A stretch of DNA of 64,000 bases. Origin: an uncultured Verrucomicrobiae bacterium (GTDB lineage: Bacteria; Verrucomicrobiota; Verrucomicrobiia; Chthoniobacterales; UBA10450). The stretch's first letter is position 1. Every line of letters begins with the position of its first letter. The stretch spans positions 192,001 through 256,000 of the forward strand of contig CAWFGO010000003.1 of the NCBI GenBank assembly GCA_963815455.1, written 5' to 3'. The notes beneath the pieces are model-generated. The model was not told where the DNA came from, did no database searches, and saw only the letters and a program-made list of their open reading frames with translations. This document shows, one piece after another, positions 51,164 to 61,934 of this stretch. The position numbers and the translations under genes were made by a program.

Positions 51164-52375
51164 TCACACTCGCCGCAGGGTAAAACGATTATTCGGCGTC
51201 TCCCACAAGCGCAATCGCACCAGTTGCTGGTTGAGACGGCTGTCGATCTTGGGCCAAAGGGCGCGCACAATATTCTCTCCGGTAGAGGGAACTTCGCGAA
51301 AATCGTCCGTTTCCAGATCAAGATGTCGATCCTGCCACGGCGCGAGCGCTTCCCCGATCGCGTTTTTGAGTTCCAGAAAATTGTAGAGGGTACCGGAACG
51401 TTTGTCGTACTCACCGCCAACGGTTGTCTCGGTAACGTAGCGATGGCCGTGCCCCAACGGATTATTGCATTTGCCGTAACGCTTTACATTCTCGGCATCG
51501 GACAACGCGGCGGCATGGAGCCGATGAGCGGCGTTGAATGCCAGCTGCATTCCAAGAGAAACCGTTTCGTCATCCCAAACTTCGGCAAAGAAATCTTCGC
51601 GTTCGTGCAAGCGGACGCGATACAGCCGGGGCAAGGCAGCGCTCATCCGCTCGAAAATATATCCGGCCAAACTCTCGGTCGTGATCGGGCGGTCCTTAAG
51701 ATTGCTGTCGTCGTTGAGATAACGATGATCCAACTCGGATCGCAACGAGCCGATCGCGCGTTCGACCTGGTCGTGACGGACAACCGGCGCTTCGCCGTTG
51801 ACCTTGTCGGCTTGAAAGGTGAGCCGGGCGCGATAATGATGACCGTGCGGCGAGAGCGCCTCGCCAAATAATTTGCGATTCTCCGCTTCGCTCAAATGCG
51901 GCGACATCGTCCGGCGCGCCGAGGAAAAATCGAACCAGTAATTTCCTTCGCAGGCGCCACTTGAGAAAAAAGTCGCGCTCCGCTCGGGCGATTCGGTGAG
52001 GTGACAGGCGCACAATTTTGCATCGACATCGGAAAAAAGCGGCGCAACATCGACATATAACGCCCGGGCAACGTTCTCTGCGGTGGGTGGCAGATTAGCG
52101 AATGTTGAATTTTGCTCGTTCAGGAATTTGTGGTCGAACCTTTGCTGCACAATCCGGCCGGCACGTTCCTTGATTTCGCTGATATTGATCAGCATGCCGG
52201 TAGTTGGATCGACCGGTCCGGTAAAAACAAAATAGGCTACGTAATTGCGGCCGGTGCCGTAACGAGCTGCGCTCTCGGGGCCGAACGCGATCAGGTTTTC
52301 GGCTTCAGTCCAGTCTCGAACGAATAACCGGCGCGAAGCTGAAAATTCGAGGCGTTTGCTGACCGTCAGGAGCAT
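51164..52375 (-). CDS. 6-pyruvoyl-tetrahydropterin synthase family protein with three tandem T-fold domains
   Basis: three repeats of F.A..R...EN...G, DH..L, T.E...., L.E; third repeat has AAH and GKCNNPLGHGH. Confidence 0.88.
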   Translation of the reverse strand: MLLTVSKRLEFSASRRLFVRDWTEAENLIAFGPESAARYGTGRNYVAYFVFTGPVDPTTGMLINISEIKERAGRIVQQRFDHKFLNEQNSTFANLPPTAENVARALYVDVAPLFSDVDAKLCACHLTESPERSATFFSSGACEGNYWFDFSSARRTMSPHLSEAENRKLFGEALSPHGHHYRARLTFQADKVNGEAPVVRHDQVERAIGSLRSELDHRYLNDDSNLKDRPITTESLAGYIFERMSAALPRLYRVRLHEREDFFAEVWDDETVSLGMQLAFNAAHRLHAAALSDAENVKRYGKCNNPLGHGHRYVTETTVGGEYDKRSGTLYNFLELKNAIGEALAPWQDRHLDLETDDFREVPSTGENIVRALWPKIDSRLNQQLVRLRLWETPNNRFTLRRV

Positions 52376-52419
52376 GATTCAGCAAACACGCTGCGGCTGA
52401 TCTCGCAAGTAACAGCGCC

Positions 52420-52511
52420 ATCATCCTGAGCGAAGTCGAAGGATCCCGTTTTGGAACCTCATGGTAGCGCCACGGGATTCCTCGACTCCGCTGCGCTCCG
52501 CTCGGAATGAC
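52420..52511. repeat. GTCATCCTGAG-family palindromic element
   Basis: atcatcctgagcgaagtcgaaggatccc...gggattcctcgac...ctcggaatgac. Confidence 0.82.
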
Positions 52512-52520
52512 GAGACTATA

Positions 52521-53156
52521 TCATTCCTTCAGCAACGAGAGAAATTCCGAGCGCGTCCGGGCATCCTCCTTGAACGAGCCGAGCAGGCACGAAGTCTTCA
52601 TGACGGAATTTTGCTTCTCGACGCCACGCATCATCATGCAGAGATGCTTGGCTTCCACCACCACTGCGACTCCGGACGGATGAAGACACTCCATCAATGA
52701 TTCGGCAATTTGCGTGGTGAGATTCTCCTGGATCTGCAATCGGCGCGCGAAGACATCCACGATGCGCGCGACCTTGGATAGACCAATTACTTTGCCGCTC
52801 GGGATGTAGGCGACATGCGCCCGGCCGATAAAGGGCAACAAGTGATGTTCGCACATCGAGTAAAGCTCGATGTCCTTGACCAGAATGATCTCGCTTGCTT
52901 CGGAATCGAAAATGGCCCCGTTCACCACAGCGGCCACGCTTTGCCGATAGCCTTGAGTGAGAAACTCAAATGCGCGGGCGGCGCGGGCCGGCGTTTTCGC
53001 CAGCCCCTGACGCTCCGGATCTTCGCCAATCGCTTCGAGCAACTCATGAAACGCTTGCTCCAGAACCTCGAGCTTATCCTCCTCGAGACGATTTGCGTCG
53101 CGGGTGAGCCGCTCGCTTCTTTCCAGAATAGAATTTTGTGTGCGCAAGATCGGCAA
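52521..53156 (-). CDS. folE: GTP cyclohydrolase I
   Basis: [44 protein letters not shown]. Confidence 0.95.
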   Translation of the reverse strand: MPILRTQNSILERSERLTRDANRLEEDKLEVLEQAFHELLEAIGEDPERQGLAKTPARAARAFEFLTQGYRQSVAAVVNGAIFDSEASEIILVKDIELYSMCEHHLLPFIGRAHVAYIPSGKVIGLSKVARIVDVFARRLQIQENLTTQIAESLMECLHPSGVAVVVEAKHLCMMMRGVEKQNSVMKTSCLLGSFKEDARTRSEFLSLLKE

Positions 53157-53160
53157 CCGG

Positions 53161-54345
53161 CTAATCGAGCCAGCTCAACGGATATTTGTCGTCGTCCAGT
53201 TTGAGCGCTTCTTCTGTGAGCTCGAGTGTGTGCTCGGTATCGAACATGACCGCGAGCTCTTCCGTACGCGTGGCATCCTTGCTCGCCATAATTGTGCCCG
53301 GATGCGGCCCGTGCGGAATGCCGCGCGGGTGCAAGGTAATCGAACCGCTCTCGATTCCGCGACGCGAACCGAAATTTCCGCGCACATAAAACAGGACTTC
53401 GTCGGCTTCGACGTTATCGTGGACCCACGGAATTTTCACCGCTTCAGGGTGATAATCGAGCAGGCGCGGCGCGAACGTGCATACGACGTAACCGCGAATC
53501 TCGAAAGTTTGATGAATCGGCGGCGGCTGATGCACAGTCCCGGTGATTGGCTCGAAATCCTGCGCGTTGAAAGTGAACGGATACAAATAACCATCCCAAC
53601 CGACCGCATCGAACGGATGATGCGCCAGTGTCACCCGCGTAAATCGTCCGCCATCTTTCACCAGAACATCGACATCCTCCTCCTTGTCGATGGTGATGAT
53701 CTCGGTCGGCGCATGAAGATCACGCTCCGAATAAGGCGCACCCATCTTGATCTGGCCTTCGTGATTGAGATAGCGCGCCGGAATCCGGACTGGCCCGACC
53801 GATTCGAGAATAAGATAATCTTCCTCTTCAACCTTGTTGGGAACGAGCCGGTAAGTGATCCCGCGGGGAATAACGATGTAATCCTCGGCGCGATACGATA
53901 GCTTGCCGAAAACGGTCTCCACAATGCCACCGCCTTTGAAGACGAAGATGATTTCGTCCGCGCCGCCATTCTTGTAATACTCAAACTTGTCGTAGGCTTT
54001 GGCCGGACGCGCGCGGTAAGCGATCATGTCCTGATTGAACAACATCGGGATACGGCTGGTATAGAGATCGCCGCGACGTGGAATGTCCGCCGTCTTCAAA
54101 TGATGATGGCGCAATGGGCTGTCGGTGACTTTCTTCGGCTCCCAATGTTTGATCAACTCGACGTTGCGCACCCGCGTGGGCGGACGCAGGTGATACATGA
54201 TCGAATACGCCTCATCGAATCCCTGGGTAGTGAAGACGTGCTCGTAAGCGATGCCTTCGTTCTTGTAGGTCGGCGCGGCGCCATTACGATGGAACCAGAT
54301 GTGATGCTTCCGCGGAATTTTCCCCAGCTTTTGATAATATGGCAT
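53161..54345 (-). CDS. hmgA: homogentisate 1,2-dioxygenase
   Basis: [44 protein letters not shown]. Confidence 0.9.
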   Translation of the reverse strand: MPYYQKLGKIPRKHHIWFHRNGAAPTYKNEGIAYEHVFTTQGFDEAYSIMYHLRPPTRVRNVELIKHWEPKKVTDSPLRHHHLKTADIPRRGDLYTSRIPMLFNQDMIAYRARPAKAYDKFEYYKNGGADEIIFVFKGGGIVETVFGKLSYRAEDYIVIPRGITYRLVPNKVEEEDYLILESVGPVRIPARYLNHEGQIKMGAPYSERDLHAPTEIITIDKEEDVDVLVKDGGRFTRVTLAHHPFDAVGWDGYLYPFTFNAQDFEPITGTVHQPPPIHQTFEIRGYVVCTFAPRLLDYHPEAVKIPWVHDNVEADEVLFYVRGNFGSRRGIESGSITLHPRGIPHGPHPGTIMASKDATRTEELAVMFDTEHTLELTEEALKLDDDKYPLSWLD

Positions 54346-54382
54346 GTCGATCTACCTCCTTTAAGTTGGCACCCGATTCTTA

Positions 54383-54470
54383 GCCCACGAAAAACACAAA
54401 ACGATTCTAAAGTTGGGAAGATCGGCTGGCAGCCTCCAATGGTTTCGTGTCATTCGTGTGTTTCGTGGGC
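54383..54470. repeat. inverted pair of nonamer (CACGAAnnn) arrays
   Basis: gcccacgaaaaacacaaaa ... tttcgtgtcattcgtgtgtttcgtgggc. Confidence 0.75.
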
Positions 54471-54473
54471 CAA

Positions 54474-55609
<1,136 letters not shown>

Positions 55610-55837
55610 GGATTGGGGCCTCCTAATTACGCGCTCTAATATAGGATCGACAATCACTGGCCGCAAGGCTTCCGCTCAGTGCCGGCCTTACTGCAAGTCG
55701 TCATTATTGTGCGATGTCGCGCAATTTCGCGACGACCCCGGTTGCGAGGAGTATACTTACCGCAAATGAATGCGAAGCACTTGGAAGTCGAGACTACTAC
55801 CAGTACCCCGCGCTCGTCTGAATTCTTAGTTTCGCTT

Positions 55838-56437
55838 CTAAGCTCTTTGCCTTCGCAGTTGGACAAAGCCGATCATCAAAGCCATCGGCAAAGCCAGCCA
55901 CAAAGTGGAGAAGGTCTCGGGCACCCCGAACACCGTTACATCGTCGAGATGAAAGAAGCCAGTATCGTTCTGAAAACCGAATTGCAGATCAGTGGTTGAA
56001 CCAGTCGCGAGCAGGCTGTTAAAGCTAAATTGGGTATAGGAACCTGGCGGAGTGAAGGTCTCAAAAATGAGTGCTCCATTCCAGAAAACTTGAAAGTCGA
56101 TGGTTCCGGGCGGATTGGGGCCCGGAGACATCGTGCCGTCGGCGTGCATGAAGAAGCTCAAATCGTAGGTAGCACCGGCAACGGTATCTAGAGATTGGGT
56201 CAGGAAGCCAAGCGAACCGACTGGACCGGCGAATGCTCCGAAGCTTCCTGAGAACGCGGAGGTGCCGTTGACACCCGTGTTACTAGTATTGCCGCTCTGG
56301 ATCCAATCGGTGAAGTCACCTTGCTCAAAACCCCCGTTTTTTACGATGTTGGTATGGGGAATAGCTAACACGCGAGAGGCCAGGCAGAGCGCCGCCACAG
56401 TCACCAATCTCAACATGACCTTTGACTGTTTTTTCAC
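55838..56437 (-). CDS. exported protein with a PEP-CTERM-like sorting signal
   Basis: signal; N...NGGFE.G, LDDV; C-terminus VPETFSTLWLALPMALMIGFVQLRRQR. Confidence 0.8.
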   Translation of the reverse strand: MKKQSKVMLRLVTVAALCLASRVLAIPHTNIVKNGGFEQGDFTDWIQSGNTSNTGVNGTSAFSGSFGAFAGPVGSLGFLTQSLDTVAGATYDLSFFMHADGTMSPGPNPPGTIDFQVFWNGALIFETFTPPGSYTQFSFNSLLATGSTTDLQFGFQNDTGFFHLDDVTVFGVPETFSTLWLALPMALMIGFVQLRRQRA

Positions 56438-56562
56438 AGCTTATTTCTAGTTGTTCATCTTGTGACCTTTTGCGCGACCGAAGTCAATCTCCAATTTCTG
56501 AGAAAAATGGGGCGACTGTTGATAGGCGAGCAAATGATCAGGATTCGCGCTCACCGCTCGTG

Positions 56563-58815
56563 CTACTTCTTCGCGGGTTTTGGCGCGAGCGAAGAGACGA
56601 TTCTCTCGAAACGCGGATCGCCCCGGAGCGAATCCCATTGCGGCTGGAGCTTGAGAAAACCGTAGCTGAGGTAGTTCGGGACGCGCTCCACAGCGACAAT
56701 CTGGTCGATCGCGAGATCTTTCTCGCCGCTCCACGCGTAGATTTGCGCCAGATTAACCGCGAGGCAGACCCCGTCGACAGCGTCCTTGGAGATGGGCAAC
56801 AATTCGCATGCACGCCGGCCTTCGCGCAATGCCTCTTCCTTCCGTCCAAGACCTGCGTCGATCATACCCAGAAGGCTAAGAGCACCGGCGAAGTCGGGTT
56901 GTTTCTCCACGATTTTCTCCACCTTTGCGCGCGCGGCAGTAAACGCCACTTGTGCTTTCCCTAGGTCGCCCTGCCAACGAGCCACGACGCCTTCCCAATA
57001 GGCATGGGGATAGTTCACCTTGTGGTTCTCCACGCCATCGCGCGGATGATTCCTTAAAACCCGAGCAGCTGCAACGGCGGTTCGTTCGCAGAGGGCGTAG
57101 AAGGGGTCATCGGCTTCGGGCGCAACGCTCGGATCTTCGGCGAGCAATACGGCCAGCATAATCTCATAGGGCTTGATGTCCGCCTGCCAGTTAAGAGCAA
57201 CCTGCGCACGGTACATACGGGTCATGGGATCGCCGGGCACGACCTTCAGCATTCGCCCGTAGATACGCACTTCGTCGGCGTAGCGGCGCTGCCATTGGTA
57301 GGCCAGCGCCATGTTCAGAAGAGTAAAGTAGTTGCCTGGGTCCAGTTCCAGGAACCGTTCAAAGTTGTGCGTAGCTTCTTCCCAACGGCCCTGGCGGCGG
57401 TCAATGTAGCCGGTGTATTCGAATAGCCGAGTGCTATTGGGCAGTGTGCGCTTGGCGTTAGCTAACTCAGCGCGAGCATGCTCGTAATCGCTGACAACGT
57501 GATAGTAATAATCAGCTAGGGCAAGATGGGCTTCGCCCGAATCGGGCTGGAGGCGCAGAGCTGATTGCACGGCCGTATTAGCGAGATCAAAACGAGCGGG
57601 CGTGCGCTCGTAGCCGTCGTTATAAATATTGCCGTGCACTCGCGCCAGCAGACACCAGGCCTGAAAAAAGCGCGGATCGCGAACGACAGCTTCATCGAGA
57701 AAGCTAGCGGCCTGGGTCAAATTCGCCCTGCCTTGGATTGGGTTTGAGCTAGCGGCGAAAAGGGCTTGGGCGCGCAGGTAGAGGTCGTAGGCGGCGAGAT
57801 CGGTTGTGGCCGGCTTTTCGATCGCTGCCTTTTCGCTCGGGGAAAGCTTGGCTTGAAGTTGATCGGCAATTGCCTTGGCAATCTCGCTCTGGATGGCGAA
57901 GACGTCGCCGAGCGGACGATCGTATTCTTCCGCCCATGAATGCGCATCGGTCCGAGCGTCAATCAGCTGCGCACTCACCCGCACTTTCCCGCCGGTCCGT
58001 TGCACACTGCCTTCCAGGATGTGGGCAACGCCAAGTTGCCTGGCGATCTCAGGCAGGTTTTCAGGCGCGCTCTTGTAATGCTGCGTGGATGTGCGGGAGA
58101 TGACCTTCAGATCGGCGATCTTCGATAAACGCGTCAGAATCTCGTCCTGGATGCCGTCAGCAAAATAGGCGTTAGCTCTGTCTTCGCTCCGGTTTTCGAA
58201 CGGCAAGACGGCGATCGATTTTTCCAGCGCGAAAGCAGAAGATGCAGTTCGCCAGCCAAACCGAGGTGAGAAAATGTAAAGTCCTGTGGCGGTCGCGACC
58301 GCAACAAGGACAAGCGTGGCGATCAAAGCGCGTGATCGTCGAACCGGTTTCGCATTGGATACCGCAATCGCCGGAGCGGCGCCACCCGAAAGCAATCGCT
58401 TCACGCGTTCGGCAAACGCCGCACTCGTCTCGCCGCCCACGAGGCGCGACCATTGTCGCTCGCGGAACCGGTCCGGCACGCGGGCTAACCCTTCAGAAGT
58501 TTCATCGATCACCACCGGCAGCAGGAATGCCTGGTCATCGGCCATAAGGTGTGAGCGATCGATCGCGAGTTTCCATTCCAGTCGGAAATAACCTTCACTG
58601 CGCGCGTTCGTGTTCGCAGAGATCACCGGCACGAACAAGGCGCACTCCTTTATCTGCTTGCGAATTGACGCATCCCAGGCGTCGCCGCCGCGCAACTCGC
58701 TTCGGTCGAACCACACGTCAAGCCCCGCCAAGCGCAACGCATCGCAAATGCGCTGCACAGCTTCCGCGTCCTGCGACGCATAGCTAAGGAAAACAGCTTT
58801 GGTAGGTTCACTCAT
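56563..58815 (-). CDS. TIR domain + TM + TolB-N-like + TPR protein
   Basis: VFLSYASQD, WFD..ELRGGD.W, YFRLEW; KSIAVLPFEN...YFADGIQDEI; TPR-like repeats; WDSLRGDPRF. Confidence 0.85.
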   Translation of the reverse strand: MSEPTKAVFLSYASQDAEAVQRICDALRLAGLDVWFDRSELRGGDAWDASIRKQIKECALFVPVISANTNARSEGYFRLEWKLAIDRSHLMADDQAFLLPVVIDETSEGLARVPDRFRERQWSRLVGGETSAAFAERVKRLLSGGAAPAIAVSNAKPVRRSRALIATLVLVAVATATGLYIFSPRFGWRTASSAFALEKSIAVLPFENRSEDRANAYFADGIQDEILTRLSKIADLKVISRTSTQHYKSAPENLPEIARQLGVAHILEGSVQRTGGKVRVSAQLIDARTDAHSWAEEYDRPLGDVFAIQSEIAKAIADQLQAKLSPSEKAAIEKPATTDLAAYDLYLRAQALFAASSNPIQGRANLTQAASFLDEAVVRDPRFFQAWCLLARVHGNIYNDGYERTPARFDLANTAVQSALRLQPDSGEAHLALADYYYHVVSDYEHARAELANAKRTLPNSTRLFEYTGYIDRRQGRWEEATHNFERFLELDPGNYFTLLNMALAYQWQRRYADEVRIYGRMLKVVPGDPMTRMYRAQVALNWQADIKPYEIMLAVLLAEDPSVAPEADDPFYALCERTAVAAARVLRNHPRDGVENHKVNYPHAYWEGVVARWQGDLGKAQVAFTAARAKVEKIVEKQPDFAGALSLLGMIDAGLGRKEEALREGRRACELLPISKDAVDGVCLAVNLAQIYAWSGEKDLAIDQIVAVERVPNYLSYGFLKLQPQWDSLRGDPRFERIVSSLAPKPAKK

Positions 58816-59043
58816 GGATACATCTGCCCGGCCCGCAATGCACCGGTGCGATCTTGATCGATCGCCCTGCGACTTGCACGTCTTAAAACTGCTCTGACGT
58901 GCGAACGGCTTGAGTCAGTTCATCAAGCGCCGCGCGCTATTCGTTAATCAGAAGCTTGGAGCAACCAACGAGATCGATGAACAAGACATAGGCGATCTCG
59001 AGTTGGATTTCTCTCTTGATCGGGCCGGCCATCTCAGAGGCTA

Positions 59044-59958
59044 CTAAAAATTGGGAATTTTCACGATACTGCCATTTGCCTTCGGGTCCCTTGGATCCTT
59101 CACCACGGTCACGAACAATTCTTTCTCGCCTTCGCCGAAGGCGACGTTGGTCGTGCCATCACCCGCTCCGATCTCGAAGACGTGCAGAAGTTTTCCCTCG
59201 GGAGATATTTTCAAAATTTTGCCGCCGAACCATTGAGCGACGTACAGGTTGCCCTTCCTGTCGATCTTCATGCTGTCGGGCCCGAGCCACCAGGACTTCT
59301 TCTTATCTTTCACGAGAACAGTGAGCAGAGCGAAATTCGATCGGTGGCTCAACGTGCCGTCGTCATTGATCGTGAACTTCAGGACGCAATTCCCAACGGT
59401 TTCGCTGACGTAGAGAGTTTTTTGGTCGGGTGAGACGCCGATTCCATTGGCGTAATTCAGATCGTTCGCGACCTCGACCCATTGCTGACTGTCCGGCGCA
59501 AGATACAGGATTTTTCCCACTACGAAGGTGGGCAGGTCGGCGTAGGGGCCAAAAACCGTGGCATACGCAGCACCGTTTGGCGCTACCACAATGTCATTGA
59601 TACCGCCATCAAATGGCTGGCCGTTCTTGTCGGCGTCCCACCGGCGCAATTGCTTGCCGGTCATGTCGAGTTCCAGGATCGCCCCATGCTCGTCGGTGCA
59701 AGCGAGTAGGAATGTCTTTTGTTTCGTGAGCGCCAACCCGTTATGGCCGCAACCCTCGGTGTGATTTAGTACGGTCGCCGTCTTGCCATCCCACTTCGAA
59801 AGCGTGTTTGAGACCCAGCCCACGTAGTAAAGGTTGCCGTCGATGTGCAGCGGGCCTTCCGGTCCAAGGACATTGCTCACGATGGTGGTCTCCCCGGCCC
59901 ACGCCGGCGCAACCAACATCACGCCGAGCACGAAGCAGATAACTTTGTTTGTTCTCAT
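59044..59958 (-). CDS. SMP-30/gluconolactonase/LRE family protein
   Basis: PEGP, NG, ND, ANGI..SPD..TLYVSE, PD.MKID.KGNLYV, TNVAFG. Confidence 0.88.
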   Translation of the reverse strand: MRTNKVICFVLGVMLVAPAWAGETTIVSNVLGPEGPLHIDGNLYYVGWVSNTLSKWDGKTATVLNHTEGCGHNGLALTKQKTFLLACTDEHGAILELDMTGKQLRRWDADKNGQPFDGGINDIVVAPNGAAYATVFGPYADLPTFVVGKILYLAPDSQQWVEVANDLNYANGIGVSPDQKTLYVSETVGNCVLKFTINDDGTLSHRSNFALLTVLVKDKKKSWWLGPDSMKIDRKGNLYVAQWFGGKILKISPEGKLLHVFEIGAGDGTTNVAFGEGEKELFVTVVKDPRDPKANGSIVKIPNF

Positions 59959-60295
59959 TCTTGATTTCTTTGGTGGGCAGAATGCAGTCGCAGCCTCTTC
60001 CGTCGAGCGCGATTGATTTCCGCCCCTGTTTGGCTGGCAGGCGCGGGATGATCGCAGCGCAGAGCGCGAACGAATCTTTTCCCGCACGCGATTCTGGTCT
60101 CTCTCTGGCTCGATAGTCCAGCGAAACAAATTGACTTACCAGTGCAGACGCACTATCGCAGTCTAACGCAATAAAGCGAAAACCCGGTTTCTCAACCGGT
60201 TTGGCGACAACAGCTAATAATTGTCGTCCGCCGCGACCTAAACATTGAGTGTGGTCGGCTCAACCATAACGGGGGTTTCCCGGAGGAAGATAGAA

Positions 60296-60784
60296 ATGAA
60301 AAAATTAATGTTGGTATTAATCGCGTCGGCCTGTTGCTCGGCTTTGACGATGAACGCTTCGGCTCAGCAAGCCGATCAGGCAATAGCCGATGCCGTCATT
60401 GCCATGACGAAGGCGCAATGGGCGGCTGGAATGAAAGATCCGACGAATGTTACCGAACAGTCGAAGGACATGTCGGATGACTACACCGAGTTCAACGGCC
60501 AGTTTGCTACCCGCCTCGACGGGAAAGCAATGAATTCGCGACTGGCCGAGGCTCTCGGAAAAGACTCTGCCAAGGGTATCGCGGCGGAAATGGCTAATCC
60601 CAAGGTCCAGGTATACAACGGCAATACTGCCATCCTGACCTACAACTATGTCGGGCTTACCCAGGACAAGGACGGCAAGACGACACCGGACCGCGCAAAA
60701 TCAACGCGCGTTTTTGTGAAGAAGGGCGACAAATGGATGTTGGTCCACGCAAATTTTGCGTCGGATCCGCTGCCAAAACAATAA
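60296..60784 (+). CDS. exported NTF2-like (DUF4440/SnoaL-like) protein
   Basis: signal; DYTEF, KVQVY.G.TAILTY, STRVFVK.G.KW..VH. Confidence 0.8.
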   Translation: MKKLMLVLIASACCSALTMNASAQQADQAIADAVIAMTKAQWAAGMKDPTNVTEQSKDMSDDYTEFNGQFATRLDGKAMNSRLAEALGKDSAKGIAAEMANPKVQVYNGNTAILTYNYVGLTQDKDGKTTPDRAKSTRVFVKKGDKWMLVHANFASDPLPKQ

Positions 60785-60805
60785 GACCCAGGAAAATCTG
60801 AGAAG

Positions 60806-60843
60806 GGGCCGCCCGTGCGCGTTAGCGTTCTGGCGGCCCTTTT
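60806..60843 (+). terminator. probable intrinsic terminator
   Basis: gggccgcc...ggcggccc followed by tttt, 21 bp after the stop. Confidence 0.55.
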
Positions 60844-60905
60844 CCTGTACTCGCGCCGACTTCCCTTTCGCCGCGGCACGGAGCCTCGAGCGCAACACAG
60901 CGCTG

Positions 60906-61838
60906 CTACAACCGTGGTAGCAAATGAATCGTAGCGATCATGCAGCGGGCACTCCCGCCGGCAAGTTCGATGGTAGGGAGTTCAAGCGAGACGAGTCGCG
61001 CATAACGGCTCAACTTTTCGCGTTGTTCGTTACTCAATTCTCGAGCGGCGCGGCTGGAAAGCACTAGCTGTTTCACTCCATCGTTATTGTGTAGTTCAAT
61101 GGCATTGCCGGCGAAGTTTTCGATCTGATCGGCCGATAATTCCACGATCTCTTTTCCGGTGTTCTCCAAATGGGTCCGCACTTCTTGTCGCTCGGCTTTG
61201 TTCCGAATCATCTCCAGACCAACCAACGCAAAGTCGGTTCCGATGCACATCATCACGTTGGTGTGATAGATCGGCTCGCCGTTGGAACCGATGCTGGTGA
61301 AGGTCACCGGTTCGTAGCCGAAATCGTCGGCAAAGCGTTGGATCATTTTCGAATTCGAGCGATTCGAGAGCGAGACGTAGGCAATTTTGTTCAAGTGATC
61401 GAGCACAAGACTGCCCGTGCCTTCCAGGCAGCAACCGTCGTCCTCGAAGGGCGAGTAATCGATTACCTCGGTTACTCGATAGCGCCTGCGCAGTTCGTCG
61501 ATGATGTCCTGCCGACGCTCGCGTCGCCGCAGGGCTGAATACATGGGGAAAAGCGCGATCCGTCCATCATGATGGGTCGAGATCCAGTTGTTTGGAAAAA
61601 CCGCGTCCGGTTTTTCCGGCTCGGCTGTGTCGTCGAAGACATGCACGTTTACGCCGGCCGCGCGCAGCGTTTGCACGGCTGCGTCGAATTCGTTTCTCGC
61701 GGCGACCGTCAACGCATTCACATTGCCATGGGCATCGCGTTGGAACGCGTTATCTGCCGCCGTTTCCGGATTGGGGTAAAACCGGCAGGGACGGATCATC
61801 AACACCGAATCGGTGCTTTGTGCATGCGCTCGTCCCAT
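60906..61838 (-). CDS. amidinotransferase/arginine deiminase-related protein (CtlX-like citrulline utilisation hydrolase)
   Basis: LMIRP, N.ETA.DN.FQ, PDAVFPNNW, LEGTGS, YHTNVMM, GGSARCM. Confidence 0.88.
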   Translation of the reverse strand: MGRAHAQSTDSVLMIRPCRFYPNPETAADNAFQRDAHGNVNALTVAARNEFDAAVQTLRAAGVNVHVFDDTAEPEKPDAVFPNNWISTHHDGRIALFPMYSALRRRERRQDIIDELRRRYRVTEVIDYSPFEDDGCCLEGTGSLVLDHLNKIAYVSLSNRSNSKMIQRFADDFGYEPVTFTSIGSNGEPIYHTNVMMCIGTDFALVGLEMIRNKAERQEVRTHLENTGKEIVELSADQIENFAGNAIELHNNDGVKQLVLSSRAARELSNEQREKLSRYARLVSLELPTIELAGGSARCMIATIHLLPRL

Positions 61839-61928
61839 CACACAAAGGACACCAAGGTAACCACGGTCGCCACGTTGAAACCTAATTTTTCGCAGTGCCC
61901 TTTGCGATCCGTTGTGATCGTGGTGTGA
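61838..61928. repeat. inverted pair of degenerate nonamer arrays
   Basis: tcacacaaaggacaccaaggtaaccacggtcgccacg ... cgttgtgatcgtggtgtga. Confidence 0.55.
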
Positions 61929-61934
61929 GATCCC

